Positions 18,325 to 30,116 of a DNA stretch of 64,000 bases are shown here, piece after piece. The notes beneath the pieces are model-generated. The model made no database searches and was not told the origin of the DNA. It saw only the letters and a program-made list of their open reading frames with translations. The stretch is from the NCBI GenBank assembly GCA_963750165.1, contig CAVVPN010000003.1, forward strand, positions 2,176,001 through 2,240,000, given 5' to 3'. Origin of the DNA: an uncultured Gemmataceae bacterium (GTDB lineage: Bacteria; Planctomycetota; Planctomycetia; Gemmatales; Gemmataceae). Position numbers and translations under genes: made by a program. Positions within the stretch are counted from its first letter, which is position 1. Every line of letters starts with the position of its first letter.

Positions 18325-19341
18325 CTGCTCCGTCTGCTTGATGGCGGCGCGCAGGTCCGCGAGGCACTGCCGCACCCGTGCTCGGGGGTCATAGTCCTCG
18401 CCCGGCACCGGCAGCGTCTCGATGGGCAGGTAGCCGCGGTAGCCCGCCGCCCGGGCGATGCGCACGATCTTTTTCAGGTCCGTCGGCGTCTTGCCGCCCT
18501 TGCCGCCGATGTGCTGCTTGACCTGCCAGTTGACCGCGTACGGCGCCACCGCCGCGATGTCCTTGTACGGGTCCGGTGTCAGGAAATAGCCCGTGTCCAC
18601 GATCACGCCGCACCATTCCGAGTCCACCATCTTGATGATCTTGATCGTCTGCTCCGCCGTCTTGAGCATGTCGCCGTGGTTCTGGATGCCGATGATGACG
18701 CCGTGCTTCTTGCCGTGCGCAACGCATTCCTTCAGATCCTGCACCATCCACGCCGCCACCTCGTCCCAGGTGTGTCCTTCCGGCTGCGCCCCGGCGAAGA
18801 CACGCAGCACCGGGGCGCCCATCCGGGCGGCGACTTCAACCCACTCCTTGACGTGCCGCACGTCGGCGGCGCGCTTCTGCTTGTCCGCCTGCGCGAAGTT
18901 GTTCCGCACGCCAGTGCCGCTGATGTCGAGCCCCCGGACGAAGGCGCGACGCTTGAAGTCGTTGAGGTACTGCTCCGTGGGCGGTTTCGGGTAGCCGGGG
19001 AAGAAATAGCCCGTGGGGTCGATGGCGTCGAAGTTCAGCTCGGCACAGAAGTCGAGCAGCTCCATCAGGGTCATGCCCTTGCCGCGCTTCTTGAGGTGGT
19101 CGTTGAGCGTCTTGTTGAACGAGTAGAAGTTCAGGCTGGTCCGCAGCCGGGGGCCGCCGACGCGCTTGATCGGCTGCTGCGGCAGGGTCAGGGCGGCGCT
19201 GACCGGGAACTCGCGGCTGTCGGCCGGCGCGGTGCGTGCCGCGGGGCGGTCGGAGGCGCTCGGCCGCCAGGGGCGACAGCGGGACCAGGGCCGCGACGAG
19301 GCGCAAGCACCGGCCGCGGCGAGAACGTACAGGGGCTTCAT
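18319..19341 (-). CDS. Sugar phosphate isomerase/epimerase (xylose-isomerase-like TIM barrel)
   Basis: TSLNFYSF, GAPVLRVFAG, IQNHGD, VDTGYF, YRGYLPIETL; leader probably has compensating frameshifts. Confidence 0.85.
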   Translation of the reverse strand: MKPLYVLAAAGACASSRPWSRCRPWRPSASDRPAARTAPADSREFPVSAALTLPQQPIKRVGGPRLRTSLNFYSFNKTLNDHLKKRGKGMTLMELLDFCAELNFDAIDPTGYFFPGYPKPPTEQYLNDFKRRAFVRGLDISGTGVRNNFAQADKQKRAADVRHVKEWVEVAARMGAPVLRVFAGAQPEGHTWDEVAAWMVQDLKECVAHGKKHGVIIGIQNHGDMLKTAEQTIKIIKMVDSEWCGVIVDTGYFLTPDPYKDIAAVAPYAVNWQVKQHIGGKGGKTPTDLKKIVRIARAAGYRGYLPIETLPVPGEDYDPRARVRQCLADLRAAIKQTEQD

Positions 19342-19504
19342 GGTGCAATCTCCGCGGGCGATGGGTGTCGGACGCGACGCAGTGAATCGCACGGGTATGG
19401 TGAGGAGTGTAAGCCCGCGGCGCATCTAGTCAAGGCGGTGAGACGCCGCCGCGATATAATAGAGGGGAAACCAATCTGAAGCCGATTTCGGCGAGGATGT
19501 TCTG

Positions 19505-21055
19505 ATGAACCGCAAACTGTTTCTGCAGGTGGCGGCGCCGAACGTGGTGATCGGTGTGCTGCTGTTGACCGCGTGCCTGGTCGGGGCCTGGTTCACGGAG
19601 CGCACGCACCACAACCTCTCCCAGCTGCTGTCGAAGGAGGTCGCCAGCCTCCAGGCCGCCCAGGAACTGGAGATCCGCGTCCGTCAGTTGCGCTGGCGCG
19701 CCTTCCTCAACGTCATTGACCCGGGCCACGCCCGCGCCGGACCGGTCGCGGAGTCGGAGCAGCAATTCGAGCTGGCTCTGGATCGCGTCCGCAAGGCCAG
19801 CCACACGCCTGAGGAGAGCAAGGCCGTCACCGCCATCGCCCGCGGCTACAAACGCTATCAGCGCGAACTGGCGGACCTGCCCAGGGACTTCGCCCGCGCC
19901 GGCAAGCAGTCCGACCTGCACACCCTGGACGAAGACCACCCCATCCGCTACGTTGCCGACCCTGTCAGGGAGCTGATTCGCATCAACCGCGAGCAGATCG
20001 CCGAAACCGTCCAGGAGAACGACCGCGTCGGCGGCCTGGTGCGCCTGGCCATGATTAGCCTGGGCATCGTCGGCCCGCTCAGCGGCCTGGTGGCCGGCTA
20101 CGGCATCGCCCGCGGCCTGAGCCGGTCCATCTATCAGCTCAGCGTCCGCGTCCACGACATGACGCGCAAGCTCGACCAGACCGTCGGCTCCGTCACCATT
20201 CCCGCCGAGGGCGACATCAGCCACCTGGACAGGCAACTGCAATACGTCGTGCAGCGCGTCGAGCAGGTGGCCGAGGAGGTGCAGCGGCACGAGCGCGAGA
20301 TGCTGCGGGCCGAGCAGCTGTCGGCCGTCGGCCAGCTGGCGGCCAGCGTTGCGCATGAGGTGCGCAACCCGCTCACCGGCATCAAGCTGCTGGTCGAGGC
20401 GGCGCTGCGGCCGCGCAACCCGCAACCGCTCACGCAGGAGGATCTCGGCGTCATCCACGGCGAGGTCGTGCGCCTGGAGCAAACCGTGCAATGCTTCCTG
20501 GACTTCGCCCGGCTGCCGGCGCCACGGCAGGCCGTCTGTGACCTGCGCGAGGTCGTCGGCCAGGCGCTCGAACTGGTCCGCGCCCGCTGCCGCCAGCAGA
20601 ACGTCACCGTCGAGGTCGTCGCCCCGGACGCGGAGGTGCCGGCCGACGTGGATCGCGGCCAGTTGAGCACGGTGCTGGTCAACCTGTTCCTCAACGCCCT
20701 GGACGCGATGCCGCGCGGCGGCCGCCTGGAAGTGGGCCTGGCCGTGGCCGAATCGGAAGTGCGGCTGACCGTGGCCGACACGGGGCCAGGCATCGTCGCG
20801 GAGATGCTCGACCGCCTGTTCACGCCGTTCGCCAGCACCAAGCCGACCGGCACCGGTCTGGGGCTGAGCATCTCGCGGCGCGTCATCGAGCAGCACGGCG
20901 GCAGCGTCAGCGGCGCCAACCGCCCCGAGGGCGGGGCCTGTTTCGCCATCGTGCTGCCGGTCAGTGGTCCGTTGTCCGCTGTCCGTTGCCCGTTGCCAGT
21001 GGGCAGCGCTAAGCCGCCAGCGGCAGAAAAGTCCGTCCCAACAACTGGCGACTGA
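19505..21055 (+). CDS. Membrane sensor histidine kinase (NtrB-like)
   Basis: Two TM helices flanking a periplasmic helical domain; AHEVRNPL H-box, NLFLNALDAM, DTGPG, GTGLGL. Confidence 0.93.
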   Translation: MNRKLFLQVAAPNVVIGVLLLTACLVGAWFTERTHHNLSQLLSKEVASLQAAQELEIRVRQLRWRAFLNVIDPGHARAGPVAESEQQFELALDRVRKASHTPEESKAVTAIARGYKRYQRELADLPRDFARAGKQSDLHTLDEDHPIRYVADPVRELIRINREQIAETVQENDRVGGLVRLAMISLGIVGPLSGLVAGYGIARGLSRSIYQLSVRVHDMTRKLDQTVGSVTIPAEGDISHLDRQLQYVVQRVEQVAEEVQRHEREMLRAEQLSAVGQLAASVAHEVRNPLTGIKLLVEAALRPRNPQPLTQEDLGVIHGEVVRLEQTVQCFLDFARLPAPRQAVCDLREVVGQALELVRARCRQQNVTVEVVAPDAEVPADVDRGQLSTVLVNLFLNALDAMPRGGRLEVGLAVAESEVRLTVADTGPGIVAEMLDRLFTPFASTKPTGTGLGLSISRRVIEQHGGSVSGANRPEGGACFAIVLPVSGPLSAVRCPLPVGSAKPPAAEKSVPTTGD

Positions 21056-21090
21056 CAACGAACCACGGACAACTCCGAAGGAGCTTCGCC

Positions 21091-22548
<1,458 letters not shown>

Positions 22549-22696
22549 GCGCGATCTATTTTTTACCACACGCTCATTTTTTCACCAAACCTACCAATTC
22601 CGCCCCGACCTTCGGCTGCTTTCCAGTTCAAATTATTTCTCTTTTTCCTTTATCTTGAAGCAGTGTTAAGGCAAACTGCCTACGGCAGACTCCGTT

Positions 22697-22713
22697 TGGC
22701 ACGGCACGTGCTT
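22697..22713 (+). promoter_or_regulatory. Sigma-54 (-24/-12) promoter
   Basis: TGGCACGGCACGTGCTT: GG at 22698-99 and GC at 22710-11 with 10-nt spacing, in an AT-rich intergenic region right after the NtrC gene. Confidence 0.7.
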
Positions 22714-22941
22714 CAAATACATAATCCGAAAATTGATATTGCTGTTTACCTGGCTTATCCTCCGCCAGGAGGGGCACTGCTGTGCTCCGGTGCGAGTGGG
22801 ATCGCGGAATCGTCCAGCCGGGGATTTTGTGCGCGCATCGCGAACTCATCGTGGTTCAGTGCCGCGATGGCCATGCGCCGGTCAAGAGAAAATGCGGTTC
22901 GCAACCTGAACTGTTTTCCATCTTTTTTTCGAGGAACCACG

Positions 22942-24087
<1,146 letters not shown>

Positions 24088-24130
24088 CCGCTGACATGGA
24101 CCGCCGCAAAGAGCGGAGTCTCAGTTGCGA

Positions 24131-24173
24131 ACCGCCCGTGGGAGGCGATGAAGCCACCACGGGCGGTTTTTTT
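24131..24173 (+). terminator. Rho-independent terminator after the Gly-Met protein
   Basis: accgcccgtgg...ccacgggcggt followed by a T run. Confidence 0.75.
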
Positions 24174-24246
24174 CTGGGGTAGCAAACTCAGCTGGACCCT
24201 CTCTGCAGAATGCAAGTACCGAACTACGAGCAGCAGTTCCCTTCCT

Positions 24247-24586
24247 GGCACGTACCCGTTCGCGCCCGCAGCCGATGTGCGCGCAAACCCTGACCCCGAT
24301 CACTCGTCACTGCCCCGCCGGCGGCCACCGGCTCTGGGCGGACTACCGCACCGTCTTGCCACACCCCGAGTTCGGTCTGGACGTGCTCACCCTCGTCGTC
24401 CGCCTCCGCCATGCCGAGCACCGCGTCGTCCCCGAGATCCATCAGGAGTGGATGCGGCGCGGCGGCGCCGTTGCGCAGCGCACCATCAGCAACCTCCTGG
24501 ACCGCTACGACGAACGCAAGGCCCTGTCCACCGCCGAGCCCCAACGCCTTGGGCCGCCGTTGCGCGACCAGGTGCCGCCAGCTAAG
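24247..24586 (+). pseudogene. Transposase remnant, internally deleted and 3'-truncated
   Basis: HCPAGGHRLWADY..LPHPEFGLDVLTLVVRLRHAEHRVVPEIHQE...QRTISNLLDRYDE resembles an N-terminal Zn/HTH transposase segment seen in Gemmataceae; followed by MITE-A. Confidence 0.55.
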
Positions 24587-24661
24587 GAGGCGCCGAACAA
24601 CAACTTCGTAGGACGGCTCTGGAGAGCCGTCCTACTCTTGGAAGTTGTTGTTCGGCGCCTC
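24587..24661. mobile_element. MITE-A second copy: 75 bp, CTAAG duplication, single collapsed REP inside
   Basis: Same 21-bp TIRs as 7351-7447; CTAAG at 24582-86 and 24662-66. Confidence 0.88.
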
Positions 24662-24677
24662 CTAAGTTTGCTACCCT

Positions 24678-25001
24678 GGCGCGGTTCCCAGTTGCGGGGA
24701 CCACGAACGGCAGGCCAGTGCTCCCGAGCCGTCCTGCCAGCGGCGCGCACCGCTGCCAGGGGCCGATTCTCGACGTGTGAAAAAGTTGGCGTTCTTGGCG
24801 TCCTTGGCGTTCTTGCTGTGGCAGCCGCCGGTGGTGGTCGCGCCGTGCCAGCCGTGCGGGGCAAGGGCGCCAATTCTCGACGTGCGAAAAAGTTGGCCCC
24901 CTTGGCCTCCTTGGCCCCCTTGCTGTGGCAGTGCAGGCCGCTGGTGGTCAGCCCGTGCCCACCGTCCCACCCCCATGCGCGATCCGTGCGTGAACCGCTC
25001 C
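24678..25001 (+). mobile_element. MITE-C, ~320-bp dispersed element (copy 1) carrying two nonamer-triplet units
   Basis: Near-identical inverted copy at 33046-33365; imperfect termini GCGCGGTTC...GAACCGCTC. Confidence 0.75.
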
Positions 25002-25103
25002 AGTTTTTTCGGCGGCGCGGGAGGGCTGCCGTGGTTGCGGCCCGCGCCGCCGTCGGATACAACGGACGCAACCAATCGTTCGCCCGTTGCAAAGGATCGA
25101 CCG

Positions 25104-25511
25104 ATGCCGCTCCGGGATCATTTCCGACCCCCAATGTCTGAGCACCGTCACGGGGAGTCCTTTCACTCCCTCTGGACCGGGCAAATCGTGCGGACGTTGA
25201 ACCGGCGCTTGCTGCCCGCGGGGTATTTCGCCGAGAATATGGTGACCACCCGGCGCGCCAACCTGCACAATGAGTTGATGGCGTTCCTGGGCCATCCGCC
25301 GGAGTTTCAACTCCCGGCCGACGCGGGGGCCTACCCGACCGCGTACCGGCCTTCGCAACCGGCCGGCGTCGGTCAGCTTGAACTGTGGTTACACGCCCTG
25401 GCGGTCGGGCAGCGCCTGCCCATCCTGCCGCTCGCGTTGCGCGGCGGCCCGACGCTGCCGCTCGACCTGGAAGCAACCTACGCGGAAGCGTTACTGGATT
25501 TGCGACTGTAA
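25104..25511 (+). pseudogene. DUF4058-family gene, apparently internally deleted
   Basis: MPLRDHFRPP...ESFHSLW N-terminus joined directly to the VTTRRANLHNEL...LPILPLAL...LDLEATY C-terminus; only 135 aa. Confidence 0.6.
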
Positions 25512-25547
25512 CGGAATCGACCCTTTCGTTTTTCCCGAGTCTCCCCA

Positions 25548-28175
25548 ATGAGAAAGCTCGCTGCCCCCGTCGCCGCCGTGGCCTGGCTAGCCGCGCTGAC
25601 CGTGCTGAACCTGCTCAGCCCACCGACGCCCGCCCGGCAGGCCCAGGCCGCCGTCCAGCTGGACCCGAAACTCCTCGACACCCTGACCGCTCGCCCCATC
25701 GGTCCCGCCAACATGGGCGGCCGCATCGTGGACCTCGCCGTCAACGACGATGACCCGGACCAGTTCCTCGTGGCCACCGCTTCCGGCGGCCTGTGGAAGA
25801 CCACCGACGCGGGCAAAACCTGGGCGGCCATCTTCGACCATGAGGCGACCGTCTCCCTCGGCGCCGTTGCCTGGTCGCCGTCGAACCGCGATGTGATCTA
25901 CGCCGGCACCGGCGAGGCCAACGCCCGCAACAGCGTCAGCTGGGGCGACGGCGTTTACCGCTCCGGCGACGGCGGCCGCACCTGGAAGCACATCGACTTG
26001 CACGATTCGCACCACATCGGCCGCATCGTCGTCCACCCGACCAACCCCGACATCGTGTATGTCGCGGCGCTGGGCCGCCTGTGGGGGCCGAACAAGGAGC
26101 GCGGCCTGTACAAGACCAGCGACGGCGGCAAAAACTGGCAGCTGTCGAAATTCATTGACGAGGACACCGGCTTCATCGACGTGGCGATGGACCCCAAGGA
26201 GCCGGACACGCTGTACGCCGCCGCTTGCTGCGTGCGCCGCGACGCCTTCTCCGGCGGCAACCCGGTGGTGCAGATCGGCCCGAACGCCGGCCTGTTCCGG
26301 ACCACCGACGGCGGCAAGCGCTGGGAGAAGATGGCCGGCGGCCTCCCCGACCGGCCGCTCGGCCGCTGTGGCCTGGCCGTGTACGCCAAAAACCCGAACG
26401 TCGTCTACGCCGTGGTGCAAACGGACCTCACGCCCGTCACGGTGCAGGGCCAGGGGCCCAACCTCAAAAAGACGCCAGACGCTGGCGGTGTCTTCCGCTC
26501 CGACGACCGTGGCAAAACCTGGAAGTTCCTCAATTCGCTGGTGCCGCGGCCGTTCTACTACGGCCAGATCCGCATCGACCCCAGCAACGACCAGCGAATT
26601 TATGTGCTGGGCGTGCAATTCCACGTCTCGAAGGACGGCGGCAAGACGTTCAGCGGCGGCGGCAAGGGCGGCGGCAAGACCGGCGCCCACCCCGACCACC
26701 ACGCGCTGTGGATCAACCCGCAGAACCCCAAACACCTGATCCTCGGCAACGACGGCGGCCTGTACGTCTCGCGCAACCAGGCCGCGTCGTGGACGCACCT
26801 CAATAACCTGGCGCTGGGCCAGTTCTACGGTGTGGCGGTGGACATGCGGCGGCCGTACTGGGTTTACGGCGGCCTGCAGGACAACGGTAGCTGGGCCAGC
26901 CCCAGCGCAACGCGCACCACGGCCGGCATCACCAACGCCAGCTGGATCAAGATCAACGGCGCCGACGGCTTCCAGGCCCAGGCCGACCCCACCAACAGCG
27001 GCTTTGTCTACGTCGAGGCGCAGTACGGCAAGCCGGTGCGCGTGAACATGAAGACCAACGCGAAAAAGGCGATCCAGCCCAAGTTCGGCCAGGAGGCGCG
27101 CTTCAACTGGAACGCCCCGATGCTGCTGTCGCCGCACAACCCCAAAACGCTGTTCTACGGCGGCAACTTCCTGTTCCGCTCGGACAACCGCGGCGACACC
27201 TGGGCCAAAATCAGCCCAGACCTGACCTATGCGAAACCGGGCCCGACCAAAAGCACCGGCCACACGCTGACGACCATCGCCGAGTCGCCGCTGCGGCCGG
27301 GTCTGATCTACGTCGGCAGCGATGACGGCCGCGTCCACGTCACCCGTGACGGCGGCAAGAACTGGACCGACCTCAGTGCGAACGTGCCGGGCGTGCCGAA
27401 GGACCGCTGGGTGTCGCGCGTCGAGTGCGGCTACCACGCCGAGGGCACCGCGTACCTGGCAATCAACCGCTACCGCAATGACGACCGCCGGCCCTACGTC
27501 TTCAAGACGACCGACTTTGGCGCCACCTGGAAACCGATCACCGCCAACCTGCCGGCGGAGGGTTCGGTCCACGTCATCCGTGAATCAGCACGCAACAAGG
27601 ACCTGCTGTTCGTCGGTACCGAGTTCGCGCTGTTCGCGTCGCTAGACGGCGGCGGCAGCTGGCACCGGCTGCGCGGCGGCCTGCCGACGGTGGCGATCCA
27701 TGATCTGGTCATCCACCCGCGCAAGCGCGAGTTGGTGATCGGCACGCACGGCCGCAGCGTGTACGTCATGGATGTCGCGCCGCTGGAGGGGTTGACGCCG
27801 AAGGTGCTGGCGCAGGCGACCGAGTTGTTCGAGGTGCGGCCGGCGGTGGCGTTCAAGCCGCGGGCCGTTGCGAAGCCGGGCGAGGGCAAGTTCGTGGCCC
27901 CGAACCCGCCTTACGGGGCTGTCGTCTGGTACTATCTGAAGACGCCGCCGGCACAGGCCGCCACGCTGACGGTGCTGGACGCCAACGGCAAGACGGTCGC
28001 GAAGCTGGCGACGGCGCAGAAGGCGGGCCTGCACCGGACCGTCTGGAACCTGCAGCCCGACGGTCAGCCAGGTGTGCTGGCGGCGCCGGGCGATTATCAG
28101 GTGCGGTTGCAAGTGGGTGACCGCGTGCTGACGCGGCCGTTGCGCGTCGAGGCTGAGGAAGGAGGAGCGCAATGA
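25548..28175 (+). CDS. Secreted VPS10/sortilin-like BNR-repeat beta-propeller (glycosyl hydrolase-like)
   Basis: RPIGPANMGGRIVD, repeated (K/R)(T/S)xDGGxxW Asp-boxes, HPDHHALWINP, GGLQDNG. Confidence 0.88.
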   Translation: MRKLAAPVAAVAWLAALTVLNLLSPPTPARQAQAAVQLDPKLLDTLTARPIGPANMGGRIVDLAVNDDDPDQFLVATASGGLWKTTDAGKTWAAIFDHEATVSLGAVAWSPSNRDVIYAGTGEANARNSVSWGDGVYRSGDGGRTWKHIDLHDSHHIGRIVVHPTNPDIVYVAALGRLWGPNKERGLYKTSDGGKNWQLSKFIDEDTGFIDVAMDPKEPDTLYAAACCVRRDAFSGGNPVVQIGPNAGLFRTTDGGKRWEKMAGGLPDRPLGRCGLAVYAKNPNVVYAVVQTDLTPVTVQGQGPNLKKTPDAGGVFRSDDRGKTWKFLNSLVPRPFYYGQIRIDPSNDQRIYVLGVQFHVSKDGGKTFSGGGKGGGKTGAHPDHHALWINPQNPKHLILGNDGGLYVSRNQAASWTHLNNLALGQFYGVAVDMRRPYWVYGGLQDNGSWASPSATRTTAGITNASWIKINGADGFQAQADPTNSGFVYVEAQYGKPVRVNMKTNAKKAIQPKFGQEARFNWNAPMLLSPHNPKTLFYGGNFLFRSDNRGDTWAKISPDLTYAKPGPTKSTGHTLTTIAESPLRPGLIYVGSDDGRVHVTRDGGKNWTDLSANVPGVPKDRWVSRVECGYHAEGTAYLAINRYRNDDRRPYVFKTTDFGATWKPITANLPAEGSVHVIRESARNKDLLFVGTEFALFASLDGGGSWHRLRGGLPTVAIHDLVIHPRKRELVIGTHGRSVYVMDVAPLEGLTPKVLAQATELFEVRPAVAFKPRAVAKPGEGKFVAPNPPYGAVVWYYLKTPPAQAATLTVLDANGKTVAKLATAQKAGLHRTVWNLQPDGQPGVLAAPGDYQVRLQVGDRVLTRPLRVEAEEGGAQ

Positions 28176-29803
28176 AGTCACGAGCAATTTACCCAGTCTT
28201 TTCCGCCGCTTGCGGCCTGGTACTCTTCCTGGGGCTGGTCCCGTCCAGTGCCCAGCAGGCCAGGCTCGCAGTCACGACACCGCCGGCCGAGGTTCCCGGC
28301 ACCCTGGTGATCTGCGGCGGCGGCAAGTTACCGGACGCCGTGCGCGATCGGTTCATGGACCTGGCCGGCGGTGCGAAGGCAAAGCTCGTGGTCATCCCGA
28401 CCGCCAGCGCCGCCGCGGACGGCCCCAACGCCGCCTCGTCACTGGAACCGTGGAAGAAGTACAAGCCGGCTACGCTGACGCTGCTGCACACGCGCGACCC
28501 GAAAAGGGCCGACGCCGCCGCGTTCGTCAAACCGCTGACGGCGGCGACCGCGGTCTGGTTCGGCGGCGGCGACCAGTCGAAAATCATGGCGGCCTACCGC
28601 GGCACCGCTGTCGAGCGTGAACTGCACAAACTGCTGCAGCGCGGTGGCGTCATCGGCGGCACCTCCGCCGGCGCCGCGGTCATGAGCAAGGTCATGATTA
28701 CCGGCGGCAACCCGAAGGCGACGGTCGGCACCGGCTTCGGTTTCCTGACGCACTTCGTCGTGGATCAACATTTTCTCAAGCGTAAACGTGAACAACGCTT
28801 GCTGGGTGTGCTGGCGGCCCACCCCGGGCTGGCGGGCCTCGGCGTCGATGAGGAAACGGCGGTGCTCGTGCGCGGCCGCGCCATCGGCGTGCTGGGCAAC
28901 TCCGTGGCGGTGGCGTGTCTGCCGGCGTCGTCGCGCAAGCCGGCGAGCCAGCAGACGCTGAAGCCGGGGGGGAAGGCGGACCTGATCGCGCTGAGCCGCG
29001 CCGCCATTGCGCGGGTGTCGCCGCCGTTCCCACCGGACAGGGCGGCGGTGCCGAACGTGCCGAGTGGTTCGCTCATCATCGGCGGCGGCGGCAACCTGCC
29101 GGACGCGGTGTTCCTGAAGTTCATCGAACTGGCCGGCGGTCCCGACGCACGCATCGTGGTGATCCCGACCTCGATGGAAGACCAACAGTTGCAGAAGGAA
29201 CCGGGCGAGGCGAAGCGGCTGAAAAAGCACGGCGCGAAAAACGTGGTGGTGCTGCACACGCGCAGCCGGGCCGAGGCGGACACGGCGAAGTTTTGCGCAC
29301 CGCTGGAGGGCGCGAAGGGCGTCTGGTTCTGCGGCGGCCGGCAGTGGCGCTTCGTGGATGCCTACGAGGGGACGCGGGCGTACCGGCTGTTCCACGACGT
29401 ACTGAAGCGCGGCGGCGTCATCGGCGGCAGTTCGGCGGGGGCGTCGATTCAGTCGGAGTACATGCCGCGCGGCGACCCGCTGGGCAACCTGAACATCATC
29501 GCCGAGGGTTACGAGCGCGGCTTCGGCTTTCTTCCGGGCGTCGCGGTCGATCAGCACTTCTTCAAGCGCAAGCGGCTGGCGGACATGACGGCGCTGATGA
29601 AGGTGTATCCGCAACTGCTGGGCGTGGGCATCGACGAGGGCACGGCGCTGCTGGTGCGCGGCGAGGTGATGGACGTGCTGGGCGTCAGCAAGGTCGCGGT
29701 GTACGACCGCACGCGGCCAGTGCCGAAAGGGCAACCGGACTACCAGGTGCTCACGGCCGGCGCCCGCTACAACCTGCGGACGCGGCAGACGCTGCCGAAG
29801 TAG
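28172..29803 (+). CDS. Secreted tandem-domain cyanophycinase (peptidase S51)
   Basis: Two domains each with GG(T/S)SAGA, VDQHF and G(V/I)DE.T; signal peptide; ATGA overlap with the upstream gene. Confidence 0.85.
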   Translation: MKSRAIYPVFSAACGLVLFLGLVPSSAQQARLAVTTPPAEVPGTLVICGGGKLPDAVRDRFMDLAGGAKAKLVVIPTASAAADGPNAASSLEPWKKYKPATLTLLHTRDPKRADAAAFVKPLTAATAVWFGGGDQSKIMAAYRGTAVERELHKLLQRGGVIGGTSAGAAVMSKVMITGGNPKATVGTGFGFLTHFVVDQHFLKRKREQRLLGVLAAHPGLAGLGVDEETAVLVRGRAIGVLGNSVAVACLPASSRKPASQQTLKPGGKADLIALSRAAIARVSPPFPPDRAAVPNVPSGSLIIGGGGNLPDAVFLKFIELAGGPDARIVVIPTSMEDQQLQKEPGEAKRLKKHGAKNVVVLHTRSRAEADTAKFCAPLEGAKGVWFCGGRQWRFVDAYEGTRAYRLFHDVLKRGGVIGGSSAGASIQSEYMPRGDPLGNLNIIAEGYERGFGFLPGVAVDQHFFKRKRLADMTALMKVYPQLLGVGIDEGTALLVRGEVMDVLGVSKVAVYDRTRPVPKGQPDYQVLTAGARYNLRTRQTLPK

Positions 29804-29951
29804 CGAGAACGCGGCAAGGACTGGTTGACGCCCCTGGGCCTGGTGCGATAGCGTTTTTCACAGCAAGCGAGCCAAGTTTTTCAGAAATCCGGTGAACGGG
29901 TACGAATGTTTGGCATTTTGGCAAGCCACCCCCAGGGTTCCGGAGGCGCGC

Positions 29952-30116
29952 ATGAGTGACTATCCTCCCGATGACCGACAAGGCCGCAAAGATGGCCCTG
30001 CTCCTTCCGACAAGGTGAAAATCCGCATTTCCGAGGAAGAACTTCAGCGCCGCCTGCAACCGAAGGGCGGGCGGACGTTGGCCGAGATCCTGGCCAATCT
30101 GGAACAGCGCACATGA
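29952..30116 (+). CDS. Small protein (ISEEELQRR...GGRTLAEIL), antitoxin-like remnant
   Basis: GGAGG RBS; 54 aa; ATGA overlap with the next gene. Confidence 0.45.
   Translation: MSDYPPDDRQGRKDGPAPSDKVKIRISEEELQRRLQPKGGRTLAEILANLEQRT

Noticed and set aside
24766..24927. Repeat-spacer-repeat as a mini CRISPR array
   Set aside because: Only two ~55-bp units, the same intervening sequence recurs in the second element copy, and there are no cas genes.
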